Shown: positions 37,540-47,937 of the stretch, piece by piece
How positions within the stretch are numbered: position 1 is the stretch's first letter
How the letters are laid out: the number at the start of each line of letters is the position of its first letter
NCBI GenBank assembly: GCA_003513005.1
Contig: DOTD01000072.1
Span: forward strand, 16,108 to 80,107
Reading direction: 5' to 3'
DNA length: 64,000 nt
Source: Desulfotomaculum sp.
Lineage (GTDB): Bacteria > Bacillota > Desulfotomaculia > Desulfotomaculales > Nap2-2B
Program-made: the position numbers and the translations under genes
Notes under the pieces: generated by a model
What the model saw: the letters and a program-made list of their open reading frames with translations, nothing else
Told to the model about the DNA's origin: nothing
Databases searched by the model: none

Positions 37540-38610
37540 TTATAATGCCATCAGGTGATCCCTCGGCGCATTGGTAAGCAGCCGCGCTCCTTTTTCCTCA
37601 ACCAGGACCATATCTTCAATACGCACCCCGCCCCAGCCGGGAAGATAAATCCCCGGTTCAACAGTTATTACCATGCCCGCCTGAAGTATAGTCCCGTCTT
37701 TTGCTGAAATCACAGGGTTTTCATGTACGATCAGCCCTACACCGTGCCCTGTGCTGTGACGAAAATTTTCGCCGAAATGATATTTTTCAATAATGCTGCG
37801 GGTTGCCTGATCAACATCGGAAGCCTTCACTCCCTGCCTGATTGAATTAACACCCGCATCATGGGCCTCAAGAACGGTTTGGTAAATACGTTCCTGCATT
37901 TCCGTGGGAGCACCCAGGCAAACAGTTCTGGTAATATCTGAACAATAATCATTGAACTCGCATCCAAAATCCATTGTTACAAGATCACCGGCTTGCAATT
38001 GTTTGTTCGAGGCCACTCCATGAGGCATTGCCCCGCGTACCCCGGAGGCAACTATTATATCAAAGGAGCTCTTTTTTGCACCCCCTTTGCGCATAAAATA
38101 CTCCATTTCCAGAGATATTTCAATCTCTGTGCAGCCTGGTTTAAGATAATTAAGAATATGTGTAAAAGCCTCATCGGCCAGTCTGGCGGAATCAATAATC
38201 TGCGTGATCTCATCCTGGCCTTTGATCATCCTTAAATCTTCAACCATACCGGCGGCGGGGACTAAGACACCGTCAGGGATCTTTTCGCTTAACTCGAGGA
38301 ACTGCTTATGTGTCAGAAAATCCTCTTCGTAACCAAGACGCGATATTTTCCAGTCCTGCAAACAAGTTTTTATCAGATCAAAAGTGGAAGTTTTTATTTC
38401 AATAACTTGCCACTGCCTGCACTCCTGCCGCGCCTGTTCTATGTAGCGGAAATCGGTCAGCAGAAAAAGCTGTTCCCGGGTAACCACCAGGGAGCCGGCG
38501 GTTCCGGAAAAGCCGCTCAGGTATTTCCGGTTTTCTGGCTTCGTTACAAGCAGGCCGTCAATTGCCTTCATGTGCAGCTTGTCTCTTAAAAGACCAGCTC
38601 TTCTTTTCAT
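37540..38610 (-). CDS. Xaa-Pro aminopeptidase (M24B)
   Basis: 356 aa with DFGCEFNDYCSD, HSTGHGVGLIVHE, VEPGIY. Conserved aroQ-pepP-efp order. Confidence 0.85.
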   Translation of the reverse strand: MKRRAGLLRDKLHMKAIDGLLVTKPENRKYLSGFSGTAGSLVVTREQLFLLTDFRYIEQARQECRQWQVIEIKTSTFDLIKTCLQDWKISRLGYEEDFLTHKQFLELSEKIPDGVLVPAAGMVEDLRMIKGQDEITQIIDSARLADEAFTHILNYLKPGCTEIEISLEMEYFMRKGGAKKSSFDIIVASGVRGAMPHGVASNKQLQAGDLVTMDFGCEFNDYCSDITRTVCLGAPTEMQERIYQTVLEAHDAGVNSIRQGVKASDVDQATRSIIEKYHFGENFRHSTGHGVGLIVHENPVISAKDGTILQAGMVITVEPGIYLPGWGGVRIEDMVLVEEKGARLLTNAPRDHLMAL

Positions 38611-39050
38611 CTTTCCTCTTTCTTAACAAGGCTTACCGCAGCCCTTAAACCCAGCAGGTAGCTTTCCGCTCCGAATCCGCTGATCTGTCCTGCGGCTGCA
38701 GGGGAAATTACGGATTGACGGCGAAACTGTTCGCGGGCATAAATGTTAGACAGGTGAACCTCGACTACCGGAATTGATATTGCCGCTGCGGCGTCTGCCA
38801 AAGCGTAGCTGTAATGCGTAAAGGCGCCGGGGTTAAAAACTACTGCGTCTGTTTCGGGCGCGGCATTGTGAAGCCAGTTGATCAGCTCGCTTTCGGAATT
38901 TGACTGGCGGCATTCCAGTTCAACATTTAATTCAGCCGCCAGCCGCTGCAGGAGCGAGTTAATTGATTCCAGGGATAAAGACCCGTAAATCCCCGGTTCA
39001 CGCTTTCCAAGCAGGTTAAGGTTTGGCCCGTGAAGGACTAGAATTCTCAA
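38607..39050 (-). CDS. aroQ: Type II 3-dehydroquinate dehydratase
   Basis: 147 aa with VLHGPNLNLLGKREP. Confidence 0.9.
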   Translation of the reverse strand: MRILVLHGPNLNLLGKREPGIYGSLSLESINSLLQRLAAELNVELECRQSNSESELINWLHNAAPETDAVVFNPGAFTHYSYALADAAAAISIPVVEVHLSNIYAREQFRRQSVISPAAAGQISGFGAESYLLGLRAAVSLVKKEER

Positions 39051-39076
39051 GAAAATAACTTCCCTTCCTCTAATGT

Positions 39077-40426
39077 CTAATGTCCGCTGACGATCATCCG
39101 GGCTATTCGCAATGTGGGTGAACCCTGACTGCCAAAAAAGATCAGGTCGCTGCCTATTCCATCAACCTGCTGAAGGACTTCCTGAATATTTCCGGCAATG
39201 GCAATTCCCCTGACAGGTTTGGTCAGCTGCCCGTTTTCAATTAAAATCCCGGCTGCTCCAACCGAAAAGTCGCCTGAAATAGGGTTCGCCGTATGCATAC
39301 CGATAACTTCAGTTATATAAATACCGTTCCCGGTAGAATTAATCAGTTCATCCGGGGCATAAACGCCGGGCTGGATGTAGAAGTTTGTAGTTCCGACATC
39401 CGGTGCGCTTTTATATGAAGACCGCATGCAATTTCCGGTAGAGGCGCCGTTTTCTTTGGCGGCTGTATAAGTGTTGTGCAGATACCCTTTGAGAACTCCC
39501 CCTTCTATCAACGTCTTCCTGGACATCTGTACTCCTTCACCGTCAAAGGGAGCGGAAGCGATGCCGCCCGGCATAATTCCGTCGTCAATAATATTTAACG
39601 TCAGCGCTGCAACAGGCTGGTTAACCTTTCCAATGAAAAAGGAACGTCCTTTTTGGACCGCTTCGGCGGTAAGCGCAGGACCGAGCAAATCCAGAAATCC
39701 GGCTGCTACATAGGGATCAAACAATACGGCGGTTTCCCGTGTTGAAACTGGTTTTGCGCCCAACATCCGGACGGCGCGAAAAGCCGCCTCACGGCCGATT
39801 TTTTCTGCGTTGAGATCATCAAACCGCAGGCGGTAATCCATAGCAAAACCTGTTTGTTGATCTTCCCCTTCTCCGGCTACCAGGGAGAGGTTAACTCCGC
39901 AGTATGTCGCACGGTAAGAATTTTTTATTCCTTTGCTGTTGACGAGTATTACGCAGGCATCTATGTCCTGGTAGTTCGAACTTTCGATTATCTTTATCCG
40001 TGGATCAAAAGCACGCGCTGCCTCCTCCATCGCCTTGGCAAGGTCGATTTTTGTCTCGACAGGAGTTTTGATGACAGCAGAATCATACAGGTCCAGCTCG
40101 GGGTACAGGGGAGAAGGGGATGGAAATATCCGGTATGGATCAGCGGCCGTTTCACGGGCATTTGCTATTGCCTGATCAGCGATATTTTTCAGAGAAGCCT
40201 TTTCCAAATCGGAAGTATAGGCGAACCCGACCTTTCCATTTTTTACGACGCGCAGACCCAAGCCCTGATCCAGGGCTACTTTTATTGTCTCGGTTTTGCC
40301 CTCACGGACTTCGGCAGAAAATTCCTTGTTGTAACTAAGGTAAGCTTCGGCTTCGCCTGCTCCCGCCAGCTTGGCGTTATTACACGCAGATTCGGCCAAG
40401 TTTAATAATGCTTGCTCATCCAACAC
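39077..40426 (-). CDS. pmbA: TldE/PmbA-family metalloprotease subunit
   Basis: 449 aa PmbA_TldD family protein lacking the HExxxH of TldD, near tldD. Confidence 0.8.
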   Translation of the reverse strand: MLDEQALLNLAESACNNAKLAGAGEAEAYLSYNKEFSAEVREGKTETIKVALDQGLGLRVVKNGKVGFAYTSDLEKASLKNIADQAIANARETAADPYRIFPSPSPLYPELDLYDSAVIKTPVETKIDLAKAMEEAARAFDPRIKIIESSNYQDIDACVILVNSKGIKNSYRATYCGVNLSLVAGEGEDQQTGFAMDYRLRFDDLNAEKIGREAAFRAVRMLGAKPVSTRETAVLFDPYVAAGFLDLLGPALTAEAVQKGRSFFIGKVNQPVAALTLNIIDDGIMPGGIASAPFDGEGVQMSRKTLIEGGVLKGYLHNTYTAAKENGASTGNCMRSSYKSAPDVGTTNFYIQPGVYAPDELINSTGNGIYITEVIGMHTANPISGDFSVGAAGILIENGQLTKPVRGIAIAGNIQEVLQQVDGIGSDLIFFGSQGSPTLRIARMIVSGH

Positions 40427-40533
40427 TACTTTTTCGCTCCTTTCCTCAAAGTAGTATTATTCAATAAAATCAGTCGTATTCCTTTTTTGGCCGGAGAAAA
40501 CTGCGGTATTTTTCCAGTTGGATGTTTTTCCTC

Positions 40534-40746
40534 CTAATGAGTGTAAATATTGGTGGTCAAAGCAAAAATATTTCTAAGAGAAGCAGGCGATAATTCCTCA
40601 ACTCGCGCCTCTATAACCGAGGAAGGATCAAGCATAGCAAGAATAGCCACACGCTCGCCGGAATCCTGTTTGGTATAAAAACCGAGAATACAAAACTGCA
40701 TGTCGGAACCGAAAACCCTCCGTGTTACTATGTCACCGATCCTCAT
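40534..40746 (-). CDS. Hypothetical 70-aa protein resembling the N-terminal region of sporulation protease YabG
   Basis: MRIGDIVTRRVFGSDMQFCILGF...AILAMLD...EARVEEL matches the IGD.V.RKSY..D..F.I...AIL.G...RL.AD pattern I recall from YabG. No protease domain. Confidence 0.35.
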   Translation of the reverse strand: MRIGDIVTRRVFGSDMQFCILGFYTKQDSGERVAILAMLDPSSVIEARVEELSPASLRNIFALTTNIYTH

Positions 40747-40955
40747 TTTATGAAAACCTCCCTGAATTTCTTTGCAGAAATTGTGTTTAAAAAGTCAGTC
40801 CTTCTAGATAAAAAATATGCTCCAATTAAAAATGTGTGTATCTTTGACAAGAATATCTTGCTGCATATTTAAGGAAGAAAATAAACAAAATAAAAAAGTC
40901 AGGTAGTTGATCTTCTAATGCAAGTTAAATTTCAAGTTTACGAGGAGAAAAGAAT

Positions 40956-41222
40956 ATGGATAATGAGGATATCAAACAAGTAATGTCAGAATGGGGAAGC
41001 TGGAAGAACTTTTTAGGCCAGGCAGTAGAGTTTGCCGATGAATTGGGGATTGGCAGGGAGCGTATTTTTTCTTTAGCCCAGCAGGCGGGAGATATACTTG
41101 CTGATAATGTTGATCCCAGCAATCCTGAACAAAAGACCGTTAAAGAACTCTGGTCAGTCGCCGATAAAGGGGAAAAGCAAGTTCTGGCTTCCCTGATGGT
41201 CAGACTGGTGTCGAAAAAGTAG
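40956..41222 (+). CDS. DUF3243 (YmfJ-like) small protein
   Basis: 88 aa with WGSWKNFLGQAVEFADELG...GDILADNVDPSNPEQKTVKELW. Confidence 0.6.
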   Translation: MDNEDIKQVMSEWGSWKNFLGQAVEFADELGIGRERIFSLAQQAGDILADNVDPSNPEQKTVKELWSVADKGEKQVLASLMVRLVSKK

Positions 41223-41279
41223 GCCGCCCGAGCACAAGGGTTTAAAGGGCGTTGTTGTTCACAGGTGAGCGATTTAGTT

Positions 41280-42698
41280 TTAGATGCGTCTAATCTGGCC
41301 GTTTGCAGAAACCTGTGTTCCTCCGACAATAAGTTCACGGATTAAGAGTGTCGGCTGAGCATCGCTGACCGGCACTCCCTGGCCATCTTTTCCACAGGTA
41401 CCGATCGTAAAACCTAAATCACGGCCGACCATTTCCACTATTTTGAGCACTTCAGGGCCGTTGCCGGTAAGGGTTGCCCCTCTTACCATAGGACCGACCT
41501 GGCCGTCAACGATCAGGTAACCTTCTGCAACATCAAAAACAAAATCGCCTGTTGTTGTGTTTACCTGGCCTCCGCCCATTTTTTTGACCAGCAGGCCGTT
41601 TTTGATCTGGCTGATAATCTTTTCTGGATCAGCTTTGCCCGGCGCGATAAAAGTGTTGCCCATCCGGGGGATCGGTTTATGCTGGTACGACTCCCGCCTC
41701 CCATGGCCGTTGGATCTCTTACCATCCCTGCCCGCCGTCATCCTGTCGTAGAGATACTCTTTGAGAATCCCGTCCTCAATCAGGACTACCTTGCGGGAAG
41801 GCGTTCCTTCGTCATCGAAACGGTATGAGCCATAACGGTCAGCCAAAGTTGCATCATCAATAATAGTTGCCTCTTTGGAAGCTACCTGCTCACCCATCTT
41901 CCCGGCATATACCGAGAGTTTCTTCTGGACAAGATCTGCTTCAAGCCCATGACCGCAGGCTTCATGTACCATAGTGCCTCCGGCTTCTCCCGACATTACC
42001 ACGGGAAACTTTCCTGCCGGCGCCGGTTTGGCGTGCAGCATTTGAATCGCCCTTTCGCCAGCCTTCCTGCCCAGTTCCTCCGGGGGGAAACGCTTTAGAA
42101 GATCAAAGCCCGCTAAACTTCCTGCCGCTTCATAGCCTGTTTGGATAACCGCACCGTCTCCGGCGACGGCATGGACCAGAAATCTTGTGCGGATGCGTTC
42201 ATCTTCAACATATTCACCTGCGCTGTTGGCAATTGTTACCTGCTGGATAACATCACCATAACCGACCATCACTTGCTTGATCAGTTCGCTGTTCACCTGG
42301 CGCGTCGCTTTATCCGCCGATTCAACCATTTCCGCTTTGCGGGATGTTTCCACTTTGTCAGGGCGTTCCGGGAAAGAGAAGTCCACTGCAGGTTTAACCT
42401 TGCGCAGGTCAAAATTATATTCTTTCCGGTCGGCTGTCTTGACCGTACGGCCGACTGTACTGGCAATTTCCAGCAGGCTTTCCTTGCTAAGGTCATTTGT
42501 ATAGGCATAGGCGGTCATATCACCGGCCAGGACCCGTAGTCCTGCGCCGGCGTCTATACCGGAATGGACCCGTTCTATTTTCCCTCCCTCGGCCGAGATT
42601 CCGGTAGTGATTTTCTTTTCCACAAAAATATCAGCAAAATCCCCCCCGTTGGCCAGGGCGAGATCAAGGACTGTTTTTAAAGTTTTCTTGTCGATCAT
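41280..42698 (-). CDS. tldD: Metalloprotease TldD
   Basis: 472 aa with HEACGHGLEAD zinc motif. Confidence 0.9.
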   Translation of the reverse strand: MIDKKTLKTVLDLALANGGDFADIFVEKKITTGISAEGGKIERVHSGIDAGAGLRVLAGDMTAYAYTNDLSKESLLEIASTVGRTVKTADRKEYNFDLRKVKPAVDFSFPERPDKVETSRKAEMVESADKATRQVNSELIKQVMVGYGDVIQQVTIANSAGEYVEDERIRTRFLVHAVAGDGAVIQTGYEAAGSLAGFDLLKRFPPEELGRKAGERAIQMLHAKPAPAGKFPVVMSGEAGGTMVHEACGHGLEADLVQKKLSVYAGKMGEQVASKEATIIDDATLADRYGSYRFDDEGTPSRKVVLIEDGILKEYLYDRMTAGRDGKRSNGHGRRESYQHKPIPRMGNTFIAPGKADPEKIISQIKNGLLVKKMGGGQVNTTTGDFVFDVAEGYLIVDGQVGPMVRGATLTGNGPEVLKIVEMVGRDLGFTIGTCGKDGQGVPVSDAQPTLLIRELIVGGTQVSANGQIRRI

Positions 42699-42774
42699 TT
42701 TTTCACCTCTTCTATGTATATATTTACCTTAAAGCTATTGTATTATTGATCAATTTATTCTCTTAAAACGTCTT

Positions 42775-43713
42775 TTAACCGAGCACTGTTCCGGTCCTGA
42801 CCGGGCGACCGCGCAGGAAATCAACTGCCGGAAGGCGTTTGCCGCCCTGCAGCTGCAGTTCTTTAACATCCACCAGGCCGTGGTTGGCCTGGACCACAAG
42901 GCCTTCGGGGCCGGAAACAACCACCTGCCCCGGTATTGTACCTTCCTTCGAACTTTCATTCTCGACGGCTTCTACCCGCCAGATCTTGAGGAGTTTTTCA
43001 TCAAGGGAAGTTTTAGCGCCGGGCCAGGGATCCATTCCCCGCACATGATTAAAAATTGTGGTGGCGGGGGCGTTCCAGTCAAGGACCTCATCTTCAGAGG
43101 AGATCATGCGTGCATAGGTGGCTTTTGAATGATCCTGGGGTACAGGTATTAAATCACCGGTTTCCATCAGTTGCAGGGTTTTAACAAGAAGCTGTGCTCC
43201 CAGTGAGGCCAGGCGGTCGTGCAGAGTCCCAACAGTATCCTCCTTGTGGATCGGGACTGCTTCCTGAAGCAAAATATCGCCGCTGTCCAGGCTTTCGTTG
43301 ATGAGCATGGTTGTAATTCCGGTTATTTTTTCGCCATTCATAATCGCCCGGTGAATCGGGGCGGCGCCCCGGTACTGCGGCAGCAAAGAGGCATGGACGT
43401 TGATGCATCCCATCAGAGGCAGATCAAGGATGATCTTGGGCAGGATCCTGCCAAAAGCTACGACAACAATTACTTCAGGGGATAGTTCCTCCATCAGTCT
43501 GATGAACTCAGAGTCCTTTATGTTTAAAGGCTGGTAAATATCCAGCCCATTAAGAACAGCCTCTTCTTTGACTGCACTGGGGATGTATTTTTGCCCTCTT
43601 CCCTTTGGACGGTCAGGCTGTGTAACAACACCGGCTACCTGTAATCTTTCTTTTAAGAGGGCTTTCAAACAGGGTACGGCGAATACGGGCGTGCCCATAA
43701 AGACGACGCGCAT
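42775..43713 (-). CDS. fmt: Methionyl-tRNA formyltransferase
   Basis: NVHASLLPQYRGAAPI. Confidence 0.95.
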   Translation of the reverse strand: MRVVFMGTPVFAVPCLKALLKERLQVAGVVTQPDRPKGRGQKYIPSAVKEEAVLNGLDIYQPLNIKDSEFIRLMEELSPEVIVVVAFGRILPKIILDLPLMGCINVHASLLPQYRGAAPIHRAIMNGEKITGITTMLINESLDSGDILLQEAVPIHKEDTVGTLHDRLASLGAQLLVKTLQLMETGDLIPVPQDHSKATYARMISSEDEVLDWNAPATTIFNHVRGMDPWPGAKTSLDEKLLKIWRVEAVENESSKEGTIPGQVVVSGPEGLVVQANHGLVDVKELQLQGGKRLPAVDFLRGRPVRTGTVLG

Positions 43714-43727
43714 CTTAATATCTTCCT

Positions 43728-44192
43728 TTACTCGACTACTTTTCGCAGATTTGTTGCCTTGTCGGTAAAAATAATTCCTTCAAGGTGATCGATTTCATGC
43801 TGCAGCGCCCTGGCCTGATAACCCTTGGCCTCTATTTTAATTTCCTCACCAAGGCGGTTAAGCCCCTTAACCAGCACCCAGATTGCCCTGACAACATCCC
43901 CAGCCATTCCCGGCAGGCTCAAACAGCCTTCTTCAGAATTTTCGCTTCCGGACTGTTCGCAAATTTCCGGGTTGATTAGCTCAATGAGTTTTTCGCCGGT
44001 ATCAACTACGATTGCCCGTTTGGACACACCTATCTGCGGAGCGGCGAGACCGACGCCCTTATAGCTGTACATGGTATCGCGCAGGTCATCAAGCAGTTTG
44101 TTTATGCTTGGTGTTATAGTTGTAATTTCCTTCGCCTTTTCCCTTAAGATCCCGTTGTCTTCACCATATTTGATGATCTGATATACTGCCAA
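43728..44192 (-). CDS. def: Peptide deformylase
   Basis: GVGLAAPQIG, EGCLSLPG, QHEIDHLEG. Confidence 0.95.
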   Translation of the reverse strand: MAVYQIIKYGEDNGILREKAKEITTITPSINKLLDDLRDTMYSYKGVGLAAPQIGVSKRAIVVDTGEKLIELINPEICEQSGSENSEEGCLSLPGMAGDVVRAIWVLVKGLNRLGEEIKIEAKGYQARALQHEIDHLEGIIFTDKATNLRKVVE

Positions 44193-44212
44193 GAACTGCT
44201 TTCTCCTTTCAC

Positions 44213-46429
44213 TTAAAACATATTCTGAGGTTCTATGTCAACAATGATTCTAACTTTAGCAGACGGATAACGGCGATCGAATTCATTAAGGCAGGCCTTT
44301 GAGATATCCTGAAGCTGTTTAACATACAATGCTTTAAAAATCAGGTGCCAGCGGTAGCGGTTTTTTATCCTGCTTACCGGGGCGGGTACGGTGTTAAACA
44401 CTTGTACCTGATTATTAAGTCCCTCACTGTTAACAATTTCACTCATTATATTATACAAAGAATTGGCCGCATTTTCTACTTCCATCTGGACTATTCCCGT
44501 AACAACGAATCTGCAAAGGGATGAAAAAGGCGGGTAATTTAAAACTTCCCGGTTTTTTAGTTCCTGTTCAAAAAAAGCCGGGTAATCGTGTTCCCTGGCT
44601 GAGGTAATTGCAAAGTGTTCAGGTGAATGGGTCTGAATCATCACTTCACCTCCGAGATCGCTCCGGCCTGCACGCCCAGCCACCTGGGTAAGGAGTTGAA
44701 AAGTTCTCTCAGCAGCCCGGAAGTCCGGCATGTAAAGTGTCAGATCGGCGTTTACCACTCCTACCAGGGTGACTGCGGGGATGTCCAGCCCCTTGGCAAT
44801 CATCTGGGTGCCGATCATGATATCTGCTTTTCCCTGACAAAAAGTATCCAGTATTTTTTGGTGGGATCCCTTGCGCGACGTGGTGTCGCTGTCCATCCGC
44901 AGGATCCTGGCGTCAGGAAACAGGCGTTTGATTTCAAGTTCAATTTTCTGGGTTCCCGTCCCGGAATAGCTTATATAACTGCTCCTGCAGGACGGGCAAT
45001 ACCTTGGAGCGCCGGCAGTATAATTGCAGTAATGGCAGACAAGGCGTCCGTTAATGTGGTAGGTCAGTGATATGTCGCAATGGGGGCATTTCATGACCTG
45101 GCCGCACTCCCTGCAGGATATGAATGTTGAGAACCCCCTCCTGTTTAGAAACAAGATAGTCTGCTCGTTTTTTTTCAAACGATCCTTAATTGATGAAAGA
45201 AGGACCCGGCTGAACAGCTCCTGGTTGCCCTTTTTTGTTTCCTCCCTCATGTCAACAACCTGGATTTGGGGAAGGGATCTCTTTTCTACCCGCTCGCTGA
45301 TTGTAAGCAGATGGTAAGTTCCGGCGGAGGAAGCGCTAAAAAATGATTCCACTGATGGTGTTGCGCTTCCGAGAACGACGACTGACTGCTTGTTTTTTGC
45401 AATCTCAAGCGCTACCGTACGCGCATGGTAACGCGGACTTTCTTCCTGTTTATAGGATGGTTCGTGTTCTTCGTCAATAACGATTAGCCCAAGGTTTTGA
45501 GCAGGCGCAAACAGAGCCGAGCGTGTTCCCAGGACCACATTTGCGCTGCCTTCCCTGATCCGCAGCCATTCATCACGCCGTTCTCCGTCAGAAAGGCGGC
45601 TGTGCAGGATTGCAACTTCTTCCCCGAATCTGGAGCGAAAAGTATGCAGCATCTGCGGCGTAAGCGCAATTTCCGGCACCAGGATTAAAGCCTGCCTTCC
45701 CATTCCAAGGGCAGCGGCCACGCTGTGGCAGTATACCTCGGTTTTCCCGCTTCCTGTAATCCCGTTAAGCAAGAAGACTTCATGCTCTTTTTTCTTCAGC
45801 CGGTCGAAGATCGGATCAAAAGCTGTCTTCTGCTGGGCGGTTAAATCAAAAGGCCGGGATGGTATAAGATTGTTTAACTGGGCAGGGCTTTGGCTAGCTC
45901 GTTTTTTGGCGGTTAACAGGCCCTTGGACGTTAAAGCGTCAACTGCCGATACGGATACTTTTGCTGTCGCAGCCAACTCAAGACGTGTTAAGCCGGGTTG
46001 GTCTAAAGCGGTTTCCCAGGCGGTTTTTTGAGAGGGCGCGCGCTTAAAAACAGGCTCTGCTCCGGAATTTAAAGGCCAGAGGCCCGGCGCCTGCCGTGGG
46101 GGATGGGCAAGCCGGGGCCAAATAATTGTTTGCAGTGCACTGACAGTGGGACATAGATAGTACGAGGACATCCATAAGGCAAGGTTTAACTGTTCGTCAG
46201 TAAAAACAGGTCCCCTCTCTATGACAGCGGAAAGATCTTTAATACCCGCAGGTTCAGGGGCGCCGGGATTGCTCAGGCGGATAACATAGCCTTCAATTTT
46301 TTGCCTGCCGAAGCTGATCTGCACAAGACTGCCCGTAATTACACGCCCTTCAAGTTCGGACGGAATCCGGTAGGAAAAAGTTCGATCAAGCCGGCGTGTC
46401 GACAGGTTAACTAAAACTTCGGCATACAT
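44213..46429 (-). CDS. priA: Primosomal replication protein N' (PriA helicase)
   Basis: 738 aa with GITGSGKTEVY, VIDEEHEPSYKQ, Zn-binding CRECG..CPHC..CHYC..CPSC. Confidence 0.95.
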   Translation of the reverse strand: MYAEVLVNLSTRRLDRTFSYRIPSELEGRVITGSLVQISFGRQKIEGYVIRLSNPGAPEPAGIKDLSAVIERGPVFTDEQLNLALWMSSYYLCPTVSALQTIIWPRLAHPPRQAPGLWPLNSGAEPVFKRAPSQKTAWETALDQPGLTRLELAATAKVSVSAVDALTSKGLLTAKKRASQSPAQLNNLIPSRPFDLTAQQKTAFDPIFDRLKKKEHEVFLLNGITGSGKTEVYCHSVAAALGMGRQALILVPEIALTPQMLHTFRSRFGEEVAILHSRLSDGERRDEWLRIREGSANVVLGTRSALFAPAQNLGLIVIDEEHEPSYKQEESPRYHARTVALEIAKNKQSVVVLGSATPSVESFFSASSAGTYHLLTISERVEKRSLPQIQVVDMREETKKGNQELFSRVLLSSIKDRLKKNEQTILFLNRRGFSTFISCRECGQVMKCPHCDISLTYHINGRLVCHYCNYTAGAPRYCPSCRSSYISYSGTGTQKIELEIKRLFPDARILRMDSDTTSRKGSHQKILDTFCQGKADIMIGTQMIAKGLDIPAVTLVGVVNADLTLYMPDFRAAERTFQLLTQVAGRAGRSDLGGEVMIQTHSPEHFAITSAREHDYPAFFEQELKNREVLNYPPFSSLCRFVVTGIVQMEVENAANSLYNIMSEIVNSEGLNNQVQVFNTVPAPVSRIKNRYRWHLIFKALYVKQLQDISKACLNEFDRRYPSAKVRIIVDIEPQNMF

Positions 46430-46474
46430 ATCTCGCTCCTGCCAAAAAGGTAATTCTTATGTTCCCAATAGCCT

Positions 46475-47692
46475 TTATTGCTGTTCGTGGCATTGGCGGT
46501 GCAGCAACAGTGCGGCGTCAAGGATCCGGCCGGCTACATCGAGCTTGTCCATTAAAGGAAGGTCGGTTATTTCCCCGTCGCGGTAGATTAATTTAACAAT
46601 GTTGGTGTCCGTGTCAAAGCCGGCTCCTGGAACGGTAATATCGTTTGTAACGATCAGATCAAGGTTTTTCTGCTCAATTTTTTGCCGCGCCGACTCGAGC
46701 AAGTTTTCAGTTTCTGCGGCAAAACCGACGAGCACCTGATTGGGCTTCTTTATTTTTCCAATCTCCATCAGAATGTCAGTGTTCTTTTCCAGTTCAATAG
46801 TAAGATTATTATTACTGTCTTTTTTGATCTTGCTTTTCGATGGCTTTGCAGGCCTGAAATCGGCAACTGCGGCTGCTTTAATCACTATGTCGTATTTTGG
46901 AAAAATATCCATTACGGCGCGCTGCATTTCTGCTGCAGTTACAACCGGAATATAGTTTATTCCGGGCGGGGGACTTAAGTTTGCCGGCGCTGAAACCAAT
47001 GTAACATCTGCGCCTCTTATCGCCGCGGAGCGGGCAAGGGCAAATCCCATTTTCCCTGAACTCCTGTTTGAGATAAACCTTACAGGATCAAGCGGTTCTC
47101 TTGTTCCCCCGGCGGTAATCAGGACAGATATCCCCTTAAAATCCCCTGCCGGTAAAATGAGCTGAATAATCTGCTGACAGATCATCTCCGGCTCGGGGAA
47201 TCTCCCTTGGCCATGTTCACCGCAGGCCAGGTACCCTGTTCCTGCTTCCATAATCAGATAATTCAACTCTTTTAACCGGGCCAGATTGGCTTGTGTGGCC
47301 GGATTATTGTACATATGAACGTTCATGGCGGGACAGATCAAAACAGGGCAGGTAGCTGCCATTACTATAGTCGTGAGAAGGTCGTCTGCAATTCCGTGGG
47401 CTATTTTCCCCAGAATATTGGCTGTCGCGGGGGCTATGACAACTAAGTCCGCCTTTTGAGCCAATGCAATGTGGGGTATCTGAAAATTAGACGAACCCCC
47501 GAAAGAACCGGTATGGACATGGTTTTTTGTAAGCGCCTGAAAAGTCAGGGGAGTTACGAATTTTTGGCCTGCGTCTGTCATTACCACATGTACGTCAAAC
47601 CCTGTTTTGGTTAATAAGCTAGCCAGGCTTGCCGCCTTAAAGGCAGCGATACTGCCTGTAACACCGAGAGTGACAAACTTATCCGCCAGCAT
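46475..47692 (-). CDS. coaBC: Phosphopantothenoylcysteine decarboxylase/synthetase
   Basis: GVTGSIAAFKA flavoprotein N-terminus. Start set at Met17, after the rpoZ stop. Confidence 0.9.
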   Translation of the reverse strand: MLADKFVTLGVTGSIAAFKAASLASLLTKTGFDVHVVMTDAGQKFVTPLTFQALTKNHVHTGSFGGSSNFQIPHIALAQKADLVVIAPATANILGKIAHGIADDLLTTIVMAATCPVLICPAMNVHMYNNPATQANLARLKELNYLIMEAGTGYLACGEHGQGRFPEPEMICQQIIQLILPAGDFKGISVLITAGGTREPLDPVRFISNRSSGKMGFALARSAAIRGADVTLVSAPANLSPPPGINYIPVVTAAEMQRAVMDIFPKYDIVIKAAAVADFRPAKPSKSKIKKDSNNNLTIELEKNTDILMEIGKIKKPNQVLVGFAAETENLLESARQKIEQKNLDLIVTNDITVPGAGFDTDTNIVKLIYRDGEITDLPLMDKLDVAGRILDAALLLHRQCHEQQ

Positions 47693-47696
47693 CTTG

Positions 47697-47906
47697 TTAC
47701 TTCCTCCCCTGCCTTGTATGCTTAAATTTAACCCTGTCATTGGCTATATCCTGTAAAGCAATAGTAACAGGTTTATTGCCGTTGCTGGTAACCTTACTGC
47801 CTTCTTCAGCTTCTGTAATAAAACGCGCTCTTTTTGCGGTAATGACCACAAGAGCATAACGGTTATCAACTTTACGCATCAAAACATCTAGGGATGGTTT
47901 ATTCAT
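47697..47906 (-). CDS. rpoZ: RNA polymerase omega subunit
   Basis: 69 aa with NRYALVVITAKRARFI. Confidence 0.9.
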   Translation of the reverse strand: MNKPSLDVLMRKVDNRYALVVITAKRARFITEAEEGSKVTSNGNKPVTIALQDIANDRVKFKHTRQGRK

Positions 47907-47937
47907 CCTTTTCCCCCCAGGTAAATATTTTGTGCTC

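Noticed and set aside
40925-41338. 137-aa minus-strand ORF overlapping the DUF3243 gene and the tldD 3' end
   Set aside because: It lies antisense to a better-supported small gene, overlaps tldD, and has a low-complexity composition.
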